Of a stretch of DNA of 64,000 bases, positions 1-14,800 are shown in pieces (positions within the stretch are counted from its first letter, which is position 1; every line of letters starts with the position of its first letter). The translations under genes and the position numbers were made by a program. The DNA comes from Perna viridis (Eukaryota): the NCBI GenBank assembly GCA_037379345.1, contig CM074519.1, positions 35,428,103 through 35,492,102 of the forward strand. The letters are read 5' to 3'. The notes beneath the pieces were generated by a model. That model was not told the origin of the DNA and made no database searches. It worked only from the letters and a program-made list of their open reading frames with translations.

Positions 1-1110
1 GTGAAATTATCTACTGGCTGTGTAGAGAAAAGGGAGTTAACCCCTGTTCAGATCCCAGTCAGATGAACGTTTACTCTTAATGCCAAATTTTCCTATAAAC
101 TAAATGTATGCTGTCATTGTGAGAAATGAGCAGAAGAATATTTTTCTTGAAAGTAGGGTAACTAAATACTGTGCAGGGCCATTCTAAAAAAAATTTCTAG
201 TCTTCATCAGTTTTATTGTTCAACATTTTTTAACCAAGGATGTGATTTTGTTATTGGGATTTGCAGATTTCTGCTTTTACAAATTTGAATTTGAATTTTA
301 TTGTATATTTACCTAGGATTTAGTAAGTTTCTGCTTCTTTGTTGATCCTGGTTTCTTATCTCTGTTCAAATTGAATACTGAATAACAATATTGTTTAAAA
401 CTTATATTAAAGATAAGCATTTAATAATACCATACAACTCTCAAACTTTTAGCATGGGTTCATTCCAACAGTTGTAAGTATCACATGACTTGCTGTTAAT
501 GCTCTCACCAGGTGGCAGCAGCTGTTCAAGTTTTTACTTTCTTTAAGCTTGATTATGTTCTCATGTTAATGTTTCAGATATGATTGCTTGGGTTTTTTGT
601 TACCTATATGCATTTTTGGGAGTGAATTGTTCCTATCATTTGATGGGTTACTTATCATTTGTGTATTAGAAGCTTTTCAATTTGATGTTTTCATGTTAAG
701 TTGTGGGTCAGTGTTGTTATGTGGTTCAAAGTGATTATTACAGTTAATAAGCTTGCCAAGTTTAAAGAAAGTTTCACAAACATTATTATTAGGTAGCTGC
801 ATGTAAAAGTTCATTGTACAGGCTTTCAGTGACTCCTTTCAGCATATCAAAAATCAGTTGTTTTGGGGGTGAATTTCAAATGAGTATATATACAATTTAA
901 AGTTTATTGGTTGCCATATACCATACTTTGAAAGTTCTAAAGGCTGCACAAGATCCATCACCTTTTTTTTTTCATTGTGTACCAATTTTCATGGTTTCAA
1001 TATTTAGTCAAACCACATACTGTTATTAAAATTTCCAGCTAAAATTTGAATGTATTACTTGAATAATGGAACTCAAGAACACACACAATTACCAAAACAA
1101 ACCATGAAAA

Positions 1111-2540
1111 GTTGATATCCACGACCTTCACACAACATCTTACCATTGATATCCACGACCTTCACACATCATCTTACCATTGATATCCATGACAAAAGTA
1201 CCTTCACACAACATCTTACCATTGATATCCACAACAAAAGTAACCTTCACACAACATCTTACCAATTATATCCACGACAAAAGTAACCTTCACACAACAT
1301 CTTACCATTTATATCCACAACAAAAGTAACCTTCACACAACATCTTACCGTTGATATCCATGACAAAAGTAACCTTCACACAACATCTTACCGTTGATAT
1401 CCATAACAAAAGTAACCTTCACACAACATCTTACCATTGATATCCATGACAAAAGTACCGTCTCGTCTCACAACATCTTACCATTGATATCCATGACAAA
1501 AGTAACCTTCACACAACATCTTACCGTTGATATCCATGACAAAAGTACCGTCTCGTCACACAACATCTTACCGTTGATATCCAGGACAAAAGTAACCTTC
1601 ACACAACATCTTACCGTTGATATCCATGACAAAAGTACCGTCTCGTCTCACAACATCTTACCGTTGATATCCATGACAAAAGTACCGTCTCGTCTCACAA
1701 CATCTTACCAATTATGTCCACGACAAAAGTAACCTTCACACAACATCTTACCGTTGATGTCCATGACAAAAGTAACCTTCACACAACATCTTACCGTTGA
1801 TATCCATGACAAAAGTAACCTTCACACAACATCTTACCAATTATATCCACGACAAAAGTAACCTTCACACAACATCTTACCATTTATATCCACAACAAAA
1901 GTAACCTTCACACATCTTACCGTTGATATCCACGACAAAAGTAACCTTCACACAACATCTTACCGTTGATATCCACGACAAAAGTAACCTTCACACAACA
2001 TCTTACCGTTGATATCCACGACAAAAGTAACCTTCACACAACATCTTACCGTTGATATCCACGACAAAAGTAACCTTCACACAACATCTTACCGTTGATA
2101 TCCATGACAAAAGTAACCTTCACACAACATCTTACCGTTGATATCCATGACAAAAAGTAACCTTCACACAACATCTTACCGTTGATATCCATGACAAAAG
2201 TACCGTCTCGTCTCACAACATCTTACCGTTGATATCCAGGACAAAAGTAACCTTCACACAACATCTTACCGTTGATATCCATGACAAAAGTAACCTTCAC
2301 ACAACATCTTACCGTTGATATCCATGACAAAAGTACCGTCTCGTCTCACAACATCTTACCGTTGATATCCATGACAAAAGTACCGTCTCGTCTCACAACA
2401 TCTTACTGTTGATATCCATGACAAAAGTACAGTCTCGTCTCACAACATCTTACCGTTGATATCCATGACAAAAGTACCGTCTAGTCTCACAACATCTTAC
2501 CATTGATATCCACGACCTTCACACAACATCTTACCATTGA
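1111..2540. repeat. intronic minisatellite, about 33 units, 43-bp and 47-bp variants
   Basis: unit GTTGATATCCATGACAAAAGTAACCTTCACACAACATCTTACC; variant carries TACCGTCTCGTCT; shorter units at both edges. Confidence 0.97.
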
Positions 2541-2699
2541 AGCAAAATTTTACAATGACAGAATATTTTGTTACAGTACAGAACAGAGATAGATATCTGT
2601 GATATAAAAAGTCAAGATCTGAAATGTCTAAAATGACATAATTGCAAAATAAATATACAAATTAGTGTCTGAATTAACCTTTATAGTTTGATATTGTAG

Positions 2700-2844
2700 C
2701 AAGAGGACAAACAGAAAGCAATGATGTCATGGGGTAAAATTTGTACATCTATGGATCAACTAGGCTGGTCAGAAGATGAGAAAAGAGCCATATGTAATGT
2801 CTTGGCTGCTATATACCACCTGGGTGTGGCTGGGGCTATTAAAG
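2700..2844 (+). CDS. MYO18A: myosin-18 exon 1 of window (motor: QEDKQKAMM...[14 protein letters not shown])
   Basis: ttgtag acceptor, AAAG/gtggat donor; not in ORF track. Confidence 0.9.
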
Positions 2845-5800
2845 GTGGATAATTAAGTCAATCATCTATAATTACTCAGGTCCCATTAAGAATACAGAAA
2901 ATTGATCATTTGGAATATTTTGTCAGTCAGAACATTGAAGTATGTTATAAATCTTGACCCACCATATTGTGAGGTGAATGGCTTTTTCTGTGTCGAACAG
3001 ACAAGACTGACCCTTTTCATGAACTTCCGCATCAGTATAGGGCTTCCTAGACAAAATATTAATACCTGAAGAAATCTTCCAGTATTAAGTAATACATATG
3101 CTAGAAGTTACTGAAAACACTACAACTTGGAAGAACACTAGTATTTCTAAATGCTTCAGTACAACAACTTGAATAAGAAGAAATCCTCTGAACATTAATA
3201 CTCCTGTTTATTATACATAATCACATGATTCTTAAGTTCATCTTCCACACAATCCTGGTGAAACTACAGATTAGAATTAAATTACAGGAGTTATTTGTAC
3301 TCCTATATTACAGGTCAGAACAACAAGGCTCAGTTTGCCAAACCTGGATCTGCCCAGAAAGCAGCATCACTGTTGGGTATATCTCCTGAGGAACTTCTGA
3401 GACAAGTCTTCTCATCTTCAGGCTCATCCACATTGACACGAGGAGCTTCTGCCAGGTTTGTTATAATCATGCTTTCTAAGGAAAAGGTTAAACTGAAAAA
3501 TGTCTAATTCATCTATAGATAATTCTGTAGTTGTTTAAGTGGCTTAAGCCATCTATATTTGTGGGGTTCTTGACATTCATCTTAAAGCAACTTTACATAT
3601 AATTCTTTTAAACAGGCAGAAATGGCTCATAAGTGTCAAACAAAAAATTCTTTGATGGTTCCATATTACTTTCAGGTCTAGTCCTGCATCTAAACAAGAT
3701 GATGGCAACACCAATGCTATAGAGGCCTTAGAAGGGTTTGTGATTGGTCTGTACTCAGATGTTTTTAATGCTGTAGTTTCACTTATTAACAGGTAAGAAT
3801 GTAGTGCAGGAATCCTAGAATTTTTAACATAACATACTAAAATCTTTTAACTCTTTCTAACGAAAGTTACTTGATTGTTGAGAAGTCACACTGTAACCAG
3901 AAAAATCATGTTGAAAATGGTAAAACCTGTCAAAGTGTATAGGGTGGGTAAGTCTCGTTCTAGTTCCATTTTTTCTTACCAAAATTTCTGATGTAGAATG
4001 GAATCACATGACAAGACTTACAAACCCTAGTATTAACTAGGTTACTGTAGGCTGATTGAGAACATTTACTTTCCTGAAGACAGTATATAATATCAGTGTG
4101 ATAAAAACAATCAAGCAATCATTTGACCTCACTAACTTATAATTTTTTTTTCTACACAGCAGATATTGCTAGAAACTACAAAGTAATTATCAATGGAAAA
4201 ATCAACAATAAACATTGATTAAAAAATTATCATCCAAGCAACAATGGAACTGGGATCCATGGCATTCATATTATGCTCCTATGAATTAATTATCTGACAG
4301 CAAAAATTATATTTGGCCCATCATGCCAACATGACCAGTACATTGAATGAAGCTTATATTGATTTAAGTAGTAATTCTTTTTTCTTTTAAGAATTAATTA
4401 CATATATAACAATTATTTATTGATTTGTAGATCATTGTCATCAAACTACAGAACATCTACATCAGTTTCAATTCTGGATACACCAGGATTCCAGAACCCC
4501 GCTTCATGTGGACGTCAGTCAGGTGCAACTTTTGAAGATCTGTGTCATAATTACACACAAGAAAGACTTCAGCTTTTGTTCCATGATATCACCTTCACCA
4601 TGCAACAAGATAGATACAGTCAGGTATAACTGAATGGGAGAGTCATTTTAAATATGGCATGACAACAGTTTTTGAAGCAGGATCAATTTTTTACTCAGAT
4701 ATCACTTTGACAAGTTGCTTGTGTGTGCTAGAGAATTGATTTATGAAGATCTTTTAGGAATTATCAATTGAAGAGATTTTTACAGAAGTCATGTGATGAC
4801 TCCTTGTGGTGTTTGCCTCATTTATGTAAAAGAACAAGGATTTTGTTCTTTATGGTTTATAATACCATTACTGATAGAGTAAAACTGAAAACCAGACAAT
4901 TATGCAGCATAATTTATGTTACAAGTCTACGAACATGACTGAACTCACAAAATACTTCACTTTAGGCTTTAATGCCTTTATCTTTCAAATATAACAGTAT
5001 TGACAGTTCTTGGGTCAGAATTCTAAAATGATATCAAAAACACTGAAATTAAGCATGCTAATTGTGCATAGTCTTTAGGTTACAATACATTTGACTGAAC
5101 TCAAATTGTACAAGACACCTTGCAGAAGTTATTGCCCTTTTTCTCTCAATATTGATGGTTGTTACACTTTTTGCTTCATCACTCAAAAACATTTAGATCA
5201 ACTGTAAACAAGAATTTTGTTTAAGCTTGTATACTAAAGGAATGTTTCTAATTTTTGTACAAGTTTTATGAAATAAAGTGGTTTTTGGCAGTTTACTCTT
5301 ATAAATTGGTCCAAACCATGTTATTGGGGGTAATCCATTCAATAACTAGAAACATTCCTTATTATACACATACTGCCTGTAGTAGTGGGTGTGATGCTAG
5401 AGTATCACACGAGGTAAATATATCACCCATGACAAAGTTGGGGATGATATATTTACAGAGTGTGATACAAAGCGTATTACCCTCTACTACAGGCAGTATG
5501 TGTTATATTATACTGAATATGAAAGTGTGATTTATTGAGAGGAGAGAAGGTAATATATACAGTTAACATATCATTGACTGAAATAAAATATAAATTATGT
5601 TTCAACAATTTAATTAAGTAACAACAGACTGAATTTGATTGACTGTCGTCTGGTGTTTACGGAAAAGCAAAAATAATTTTAAAACCCGGAACAATTTCGG
5701 GTCCAAAACACTATTTCCGGTAGAGAGGGTAATGTATTGAGAGGAGAGAGGGTGATATATCTGAGATGAGGGTGATATATCAAGCAGTCATTCACTGTTC

Positions 5801-8800
5801 AGTGGGTGCGAGGCAAGTAAGGATGTGCAGCGATTAGACTAAAATATCACATCACATCAGAATTCAAGATTTTTGTTTGAAGTATAATAGAATTAATTTC
5901 TAATGAATGACAGTCCAGATATTAATAATAATTGATTCATAATGAAAGGGTTTTTTTGTTTGGGGATTATTTGAATTGCAGAGTGCGGACGAATCATTGT
6001 TAATGTCATCATAGTACCAAGCCGGGTTAAACAAAATAATCTGGTTTGGTCAATGAGAACCAACCAATCAGAAGACTTCTTGCAAATCAAAATAAAATAA
6101 TAAACAATAGAAATTCTCCTATCTGTATTTGTAAAGAAACACTAAAGGGAATTATATCTGATTGATGTTTTTCTTCTATTTTAGGAAGGAGTGAATTGTG
6201 ATTTTGAGTTGGTGACAGGCAGTCCTTCATCAATGGTATCTCTCATTGATAAACCTGCCCAACAAAATTTGGTAAGTCTATTTTATTCATCTATGGAATG
6301 TATAAATTCCAACATTTCATATTTGTACAATACAATTGTATTCTGTAAACAGATGCATGCTTTTTTATACTGTTTTTACTTAACTTAAACTTTATTTTCC
6401 TTGACCTATATTTCGCTTCATTTTTTAGTTTCAAATTTGTATTTTCAAAACCTCTGTAGATAATTCACAGTTAATCTTTCCCACAAAATATTTGAATTTC
6501 TTGTTCCCATAGCCAACAACCGTTAGACAACCAGCACAGATGCGACAAGTGCATCATGTAAACCATCATGAAAATGAAGAGGTATCATTTTTGTCACATG
6601 ATCACCTGGATTCAGTCACATGACCACCCTGTATTGTCTCCCTTTATAAACCTCATGTTAATTTGTCTTGTCCAACACTTATGTGTATTTAGATATGAAA
6701 TGCACAGGGTTTGGAATTCCTTTCTATGCCTTGTAGAATCTGTCATTTCATGATATTAATTATTTAATATTTAAGCATTTACAATACATTGTTTTTTCAA
6801 TCTTTTTTCCCCCTTTTTTGTATGTTTTTTATGATCTTTATATTTGCCAGTTCCTCTGCTTCTCTGTATTGTGACTGATTATAACTTTGATTTATGAATA
6901 ATTATCTGGCAAAAATAATAAATAACCAATCTGGCATCTAGCTTTTATTTCTAGCATTAATGTATTATTTTAAACCACTTGTTATTTTCCTTTCCATTTA
7001 GTTACCCAAATATTTAACGAATATTTAAAAATCTGCACTTTTCTCCCTGCTGCTTTAAGTTCTATACTTATAGTATTTTATAATAAGTCTGTATATATAT
7101 AATGTTGTTATAGAGTTTGTATTCTGACTGTATGATGTTAATTGGCTTTTGTTTAGATACTATACTCAAAGTCATATACAGCACATTTTTGATTTGAAGC
7201 TCTATTTTTTAAACTGTCCGGACTTACCGCTAGAGTTGTCTCTCTTTTATTTAATCTGAAGATATTTCGCATATATGCATGACGTGATAGTTCCAACGAG
7301 TCGTTCATTAGCTGAAATCGTGCGTAACAAATTCTAACGGGAAAATCCTATACTAATATCCACCATGTTGGTTTCTACGGGACGATTTGTTTACAAACGA
7401 AGTTCGTAAGTTCCCGTCGAACTCTGGTGACAATCGTCTGCTTGATATCTTCTTGCTGTTGTATGATGTTCGCGTAAAAAAAAATCTGAGATATCCGAAT
7501 TAGCACCGAAATGCATTCTGGGTTCTTTGGTTTTTGGACAAACCATTTAAACGTAAACATCTCCTAGCAACCCAATCACTGTAAACATGGCTGACTTTTT
7601 ACAATGTAAATATTGGCACCGAGAATTAAAATCTGACCGGAATTTAACGATTCAATGTTTAGGGAGAAGCTGTTTGGCTAAACAAATGAGCAAGTCATTT
7701 AAGACAATTTAAATGATGGTAGGTGTCAATAAAGTCATAGAAAATATTTTATTCAAATTTTAACAGTATCTTATTTATGTGACGCCGAGTATAGTAGTTT
7801 AGAACAATCATTTGGCAATTCAAATGTGTATCATTAAAAGACTTTCAGGGGATGTTCCTATTTCATGTGCCCTAGGTTTCTCTTCACTCCTTTTCTTTCA
7901 TAAGATAATTTTAAAGACTAAATTAAGATTTAGTTCAACTTGATTGATTGTGGTTGCACATCTTTCGCCATATATGTCATGCATTTAAGTTTACTTAATT
8001 AAAACCCTTAAAAATGAGTGTGTATCTAAATTTTCTATCTCCAGTAGGCTTGAGCCTAAAAAATTAATGTATGCGGTCCTCTTAGGTCAGACTTGAGACC
8101 AAGAAAATGAATTTTTGTGGTTTACTTAAGTCAGGCTTGAGGCCAAGAGAATTAACTTTTGTGATCTTCTTGGGTATACTTAATCAAATCAGACTTGAGG
8201 CCAAGATAATTAATTTTGTGGTTTAGTTCACTTTAATGTGTAAGTTCTGACTAGTTATATTGTGTTTATGTATTTTTCTGAAGAATAACAATGTCAAACA
8301 CCATAGTAAGCTGGATACACATCAGGTACTTTATCTATAACACACAGTGCTATGCTTTTAAAGGATATACCTCATCCTATAAAACATCTCTAAAATATGG
8401 GGTCAGACTTAAGAAATCATTTGCCTTCAAAAATTGTATTCCAGGCATTTTCAAGACTATCTTATTCATAGGAATTGCCATTTTCATTAAATTATCCTTT
8501 TGCACTTATAACACTTCAATAATGTTTTGAGGTGTTTTCATTAATTTGAAATGAAATTGTATTCATTAAGATGTCCAAATATTAATTTATTTTTCATAAT
8601 ATTTTTTAAGCTTGATTGAAAGTACATCTAGCAAGGCATACATATTATTTCTTTTGAAAAGAACAAAAAAAAAGATCTTTTAAACTCAGTGCCTTTTTTC
8701 TCCAAATATTCGAAGATTATTGAAGTAATTAGAAATTAATAATATCGGAAGAGTTTAGAATCTGTTACTTAAGAAGAATATGAACTTTTTTCTTTCATGG

Positions 8801-11800
8801 TTAAATTTGATCAGCAAAAACATGTAAGACATGAAAATTTAACATTTTTTATTAGGCCAAAAAAAAGATGTGTGTGTTTACGGTCAGCCGACCAACCGTC
8901 ATTTTATTACCCCGACCCTGCCTTGTTTTATTGGCAGTTTTTTAAAATTCTGGCAATTCCTGCTTTTTCCGTCACCGGCACCGGTATTTATCGTATTAAA
9001 CAATAATGGGGGCCAAAAAAAAAAATCTGACCTACCAACCCTATTTATATCAGCATGTGACAGTAAACACACATTTTTTTTTTTTGGCCTTATCACTTTA
9101 TCACTTACAATTTAATCAGCATTTTACACTCATCATTAATTATGTAAGTAGTGATTGCATAATTACTGAGGTGTCATATAGGATGAGGGTTTAAGCTTGC
9201 TAAATACATCATTTAAGAGCTTTCACCCAAACTCATTCTAATTATGTGTTCACTTTGTGCCAATACCATAAATGGCAGTACACTAGTCTTAATACATGTT
9301 TTTCAGATTATGAGTTTTTCTATGTGGTGTTATTAATGTACCCAATGAAATTTTTTGTAAATAAAGTTCATCGACCCAACCAAATGATTATTTCTTCATT
9401 TCACATTTTAAACATCAGCATATTTTCTTTCATTTTATATATGTTATGATATGCATATAAGATATTCTGAACAAAAAATCTTAAGAGTTGATGTGAATTG
9501 TATTAACAGTAAGTACTATCAAGGCTGCATTACACTAGTCCTTGTATTGTATTATGTATTGTTGTATTTACACCTTTTGTATTAAGCTGGAAACACATTT
9601 TGATGCTGAGGTATATTTATAGAGATGGTGGTTGGGAAGGGACGGCTTTTGCTTGGTCCTTCATCGAAAAACAGAAAATGGAGAAAAGCCTGATAAGCAT
9701 TTATATATTCATTTTATTCTTCTAGTTCTGTTTTCTGAACTACCCATCCATCACACCTTTAGTTTCTTTGCCTGTTAAAATAAATCAATTTGAGGAGAAA
9801 ACAATGGATGGTAAAAAAGAGGAAACAATTAAATTTAGATTATGGTGTCTTTTTGGATTTACAAGTCAAGAGTTGTGTCCCTTTTCACTGAAAAATGTAT
9901 TTTAAATAAGGAAGTCTGGATTTTTCTGTTTGTTTTATCAAAAATGTATCAGACTATTACTTAATAGAAGTATACAATGATTTTCCTAACATTTTTTTCC
10001 TTGTGGTATCGTGGTATATTTATAAATTTTAGAAATATTTTTTTATCATTTTCATTTTTGTGCTTTTTGTTCCATTTGTAGGACTAGTTTGAGGTGTATG
10101 CTTTGATTTGGTGTTATTAGAGGTTCTACTTTTCTTGGTTTTCTGCTTTCTGAAACTGGTTACCATTTACAGAATTTGTTAAAAAAAATTAAGTTAATAT
10201 CTTAATCAAAATGTCCAGTCCTAATGGTATAATTTTACCAGTCACCATCACTCATCACTGTTAGCTTATCACAAAATATGCATGGTTCATATTGTTTGAC
10301 AAGAAGGGTAAAAGGAAGATTATTAGTGATTTACTATCCAAATATCGGTGTAGTGTCTAATGATTCTACAAAATAAGCTACATATGGAGATATTCACTTT
10401 ATCAAAAACTGTGATATCATCATTTACATGATAATAGTGTCGTATAGCCTCGTAATTTCTATCTATTATCTCTCTTATTAGTTTAAATTTAGAATTGTTA
10501 ATTTTGGTGAGTGAAAATTTGTGAAAGGCAAAAAGTGACTTGACATTTTTATTGCATTGATTTATAAATGAAATTATAAAGATATTTGAAAGATAGTCAT
10601 TAAATGTCATAACTATGTTAAGAATTGTTTTTTTTTCCTTGAATGTTTTGTGATGACTGAAACATAGTTATTTTGTGTTATGGTCAGATTATCAATACTA
10701 TATTTCTACATTTAGATTAAGACAGCCTCACAGGAGATGAAAGATAGTGAGAGGAAAGGGTTACTATGGATACTGGATGAAGAGAGTATGTTTCCAGGAG
10801 CTACGGAAGACTCATTCATGGATAGATTCTTCACACATCATGGAGAACAGAAAGTCAGAAGTGAGTTTGTGTTTATATAAAGACGAAAATATTTTACTTC
10901 CTTTGTTATATTGATAAAGAAAATATTTTTATAGTACAGGTATTTTACCACTAATGGTGTATACATGTATATATGCATACCATATACATATCTAGCCAAC
11001 ATATTACAGTTTTCTGAACAAGTCAGAATATAAGTTTTGCTGTTAGAAGTTGAGAAATATTTTAGCTTGCGACATGGTTAAAAGAGAATCTGTCTCTCAT
11101 GCAGAAAACACAGACAATGTAGAATTGATTGGCAATGTCATTACCCTATGGTTGTTATCAAAACAAAATTGTGGTTAATACTGGAAACACTTGATATACT
11201 AATTATTGCAAAATCTGTAATGATTTATTATCATAGCATTAGTTGTCTATTGTGAAAAAAATATATAGTATTGACACATTTAAAAAAAATTAAATTAACT
11301 GTGAAATATTACAATCTACTTACAATAAAAATTTCTGTTAAATATTGGAGTCTGCTTATGAATTAACAAATAGTTAATAATGATATGTATGTATTGTTAT
11401 TTAAGGGGACAGTTTACTAAGGAAAGCCTCCTCCTTGGGAAACACATTTATACTAAACCATTTCCAGGGCACCAACCCTGTACAGTACAATGCCAGTGGC
11501 TGGTTAAGATGGTGCAGAGATAACCCAAATATAAAGACTGCTACACAAGTCCTTCAGGACTCTAAAAGGTACATGGTCAACAATTATAGGTATACAACCC
11601 TTATATAAAGACTGCTGCACATGTCCTTCAGGACTCTAAAAGGTACATTTTGTACATAGTACACGCCTATAGGTATACATATAGGGGACACAATGGCGAT
11701 TGGTTATAATTATTTATCATAATATTTGATTCCATTGCGAGTCAGAGTTTTTAATGTCAAAAGGGCTTCTAATGATCAACTGTAGGCCATAGTTTTTAAT

Positions 11801-14800
11801 CTTTTCCCAACATTGAATTTTTACTCCCACAAATCCTAGGGATGATATTTATTTTGTATTTTTCCATTTGTAATTTTAAAAATTGTAAATTCCCCTTTCT
11901 ACAAATCAGCCACAGTCCAGATTTATAAAACCCATGTGAATTATAACATTGCTTAAGTCTCACATTTTCACTTTGTAGTTTAAAGTTTTTTTATCAGTTT
12001 GTAATAATTATGCCTACACATTTCATCATCTAAATTTGAAAGTGTCATTTTTTCAAGTTTAGGCATTATTAGATATAACTATTTCACATGAACATTGAGG
12101 AGATTGATACTATTGTACAAGCTTGAATACAGGACACTTTCATACTATCAGTCTTGCCTTTATGATATTGTAGAAATATGCATGTCCCTAAATAGAATTA
12201 ACAAAACAACAAACACCACAAGATGATACAATCATTTTATAGAAATGAACATATGCTCGGTCTACATCAGGAGTAATACAAATACATATAGACTGGTGAT
12301 CATTGACCAGAACTTGATAGAGTCATGTTAGGGATATGGTTGAAAATAGAATTGTTGAATACTGATTTGAAATAGACTTGTGCAAAATATAATGATTGAT
12401 CCTCACACTTGAATGAAATGAATGTACTATATTGAAGACAAAAAAATGAATGAATACATGTCAGAATTAGTTTGACACAGTATTTTGCAGTCAGACATTA
12501 TGAAGTGTTTTGGCCTTGAGTATTATAGATGGTGTCAGATGATGCATTTCTAATTTTCTTTTACAGACAAAATATCAATGAGCTATTTAACAGTGTCAAG
12601 GCCCCTGTAGCAGGTATGGTTAGTGGGTCAATTGTTGGAATGGAAGGATCAGCCACATTACGTCGTGTCGGGAGTATGAGGAGAACGTTTATGTCTGGAA
12701 CTGCTGGGCTTAAAAAACGATCCATGTGTTTACAAATCAAGTTCCAAGTAGACTCCATTATTGAGACTGTAAGGAAGACTAAATGTCACTTTGTTCATTG
12801 TTTGTTGCCTCAACATAATGCTGGACTATGGGAGTTAAAGACCCCATCAGTACCTCAGGATAAACCAGGGGCCACAGAAGAGATACTAATGAATGTACCC
12901 CTTGTTAGATCTCAGATTAGGGGTAGTGAACTCTTGGATTCTGTTAGAATTTATAGACAAGGTAAGATAATTTACTTTTTATAAGGCTGCCTATCTTGAA
13001 GGTAAAGAGGGCTATGATATGGGTATTTGTCCCTTTATCCCTTCTTACGCTTTGATTCATTTCTGCCACATTTTTTCTTTGCATATTAAGGTGTTTCTGA
13101 AAATTTCTTCAAGGTTTCCATTTCCAACGATAAATTTTAGTGTGGACGTGACTTTAAGTACTGTAATAGTTCTCTTAGTGCTGAGATTTAGGATAAAATA
13201 GCTAGACACAGCTAGACAAATAATTTTATCATAATCAAGTGTAAAATTTCACTTACTGAAAGCTTTAACCTTGAAGTTTTGAAATACATACAAATGACTT
13301 AAATTATTTTTCCTCTGTCTATTTTTGTATTTAAATTCTACAGGTTTCCCTGACAATATGGCTTTCGGAGAGTTTAGACAAAGATTTGAAGGTTTATTAT
13401 CTCCAAATAACAAGCCAACAAAAGATCTTCCAGAAAAACAGGCTATATTACATATATTGGATAATCTTGATATAGATAAACTTAATTATAGAGTTGGACT
13501 TAGTCAGGTAACCATAGTTACATTTGTGTGTATGTTTAGATTGGTCTCTGAAAAGCCAAGGTCAATAGACAGGATATCAGTTTGAGAATGGGCCATTTTG
13601 AATGATCTTGAAAATTTCAATTCTTTAACATTCTTTGTAAAATATTCTGATTAAAATAGGACATTTCTGCTAGAATGTGGTAAATATTGCACTCCCCACC
13701 CCTTCGGCTTATTTACTGTAGTTCATCTGTACTTAATTTACTCATTGAAAGCCAGTTGAAATCTTGAGTACCCCTAAGAATGATGATTTTGTTACATGTA
13801 CCAAGACATTATTTCATGTGAGAAGATTATTTAAAAATTGTACTAAATTCCTATCAATCACAGTCCACTCCATAACTTTTGGGCTTCCATTTTTCCAAAT
13901 GTGTTTTATTCTTTTTCTTTTTATCCTCAATTCTTGTCATAACCTAAAAGTATAAAATGTTCCAAAGTCTCCTTGGCAATTCTTTTCAATGAGTTGATAA
14001 TTGTATTATTTTTTTTTCAGTTACATGTTTATTTTTTATGGTTATTGGTTCTTATAAAGTTCTACCAAAAGTATAGATTAATGATTTATAAGTCTGGATT
14101 ATTCTTTTAAAAATCTAAACAACATATCCTGAACTTTTCTAAATAGCTAGAGAATTAATTAGTGTTCCAATGACACATATAATACATTAAATTCCTGATT
14201 GATGCCAACTCAGGGGCAGACAATTCTGAAATACTTCCTTATCTCAATCAATTATTTAAGATCTAGAGTAGAAGTGTTGAGTTATTGATTTGTCCCAGTT
14301 CTTTGTATTTTTTAAGCATATCAGTAGCTACAATACAACCCTACCTACCATATATCCTATGTATTCACTTGGGCAGGTACTGTTGATTTCACTATCAAAA
14401 AAATTTTGAATCAAGCAAAGATAATTTTTAAAAAGATATTTGAAATGATCACTCATTTATCCTGCAAATAAAATGTAAGCTTACAGAATCATTTACAACT
14501 GCAATTAATAAGTATTGAATAATTTCTTTCAGGTATTTTTCCGGGCAGGTGCTTTGAACCAATTAGAGGCAGCTCGAGATGAGAAAATCTCTGGTACAAT
14601 TGTTGCATTCCAAGCTTGCTGTAGAGGTTTCCTGGGGAGAAAGAAATTAAAAAACCTTAGAGTAAGGACAATATATTTTCATTGTACAATTTAAACTACT
14701 GTTAGTCTGTTCACTCTGTCCATTCTAACTTAGATTGAAGATCTACTTTGTTATTTTTTGTAGAGTGAATTTGATAATGGAAGGACTTTTTACTTTTGAT

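Noticed and set aside
1394-1732. 112-aa ORF with a 30-aa repeat; array superficially CRISPR-like
   Set aside because: Product of alternating 43+47 bp minisatellite units; no unique spacers, no cas genes, eukaryotic intron
9623-9700. Purine-rich segment after tttatag as another cassette exon
   Set aside because: No convincing donor; one frame stops and the other runs into T-rich intron-like sequence
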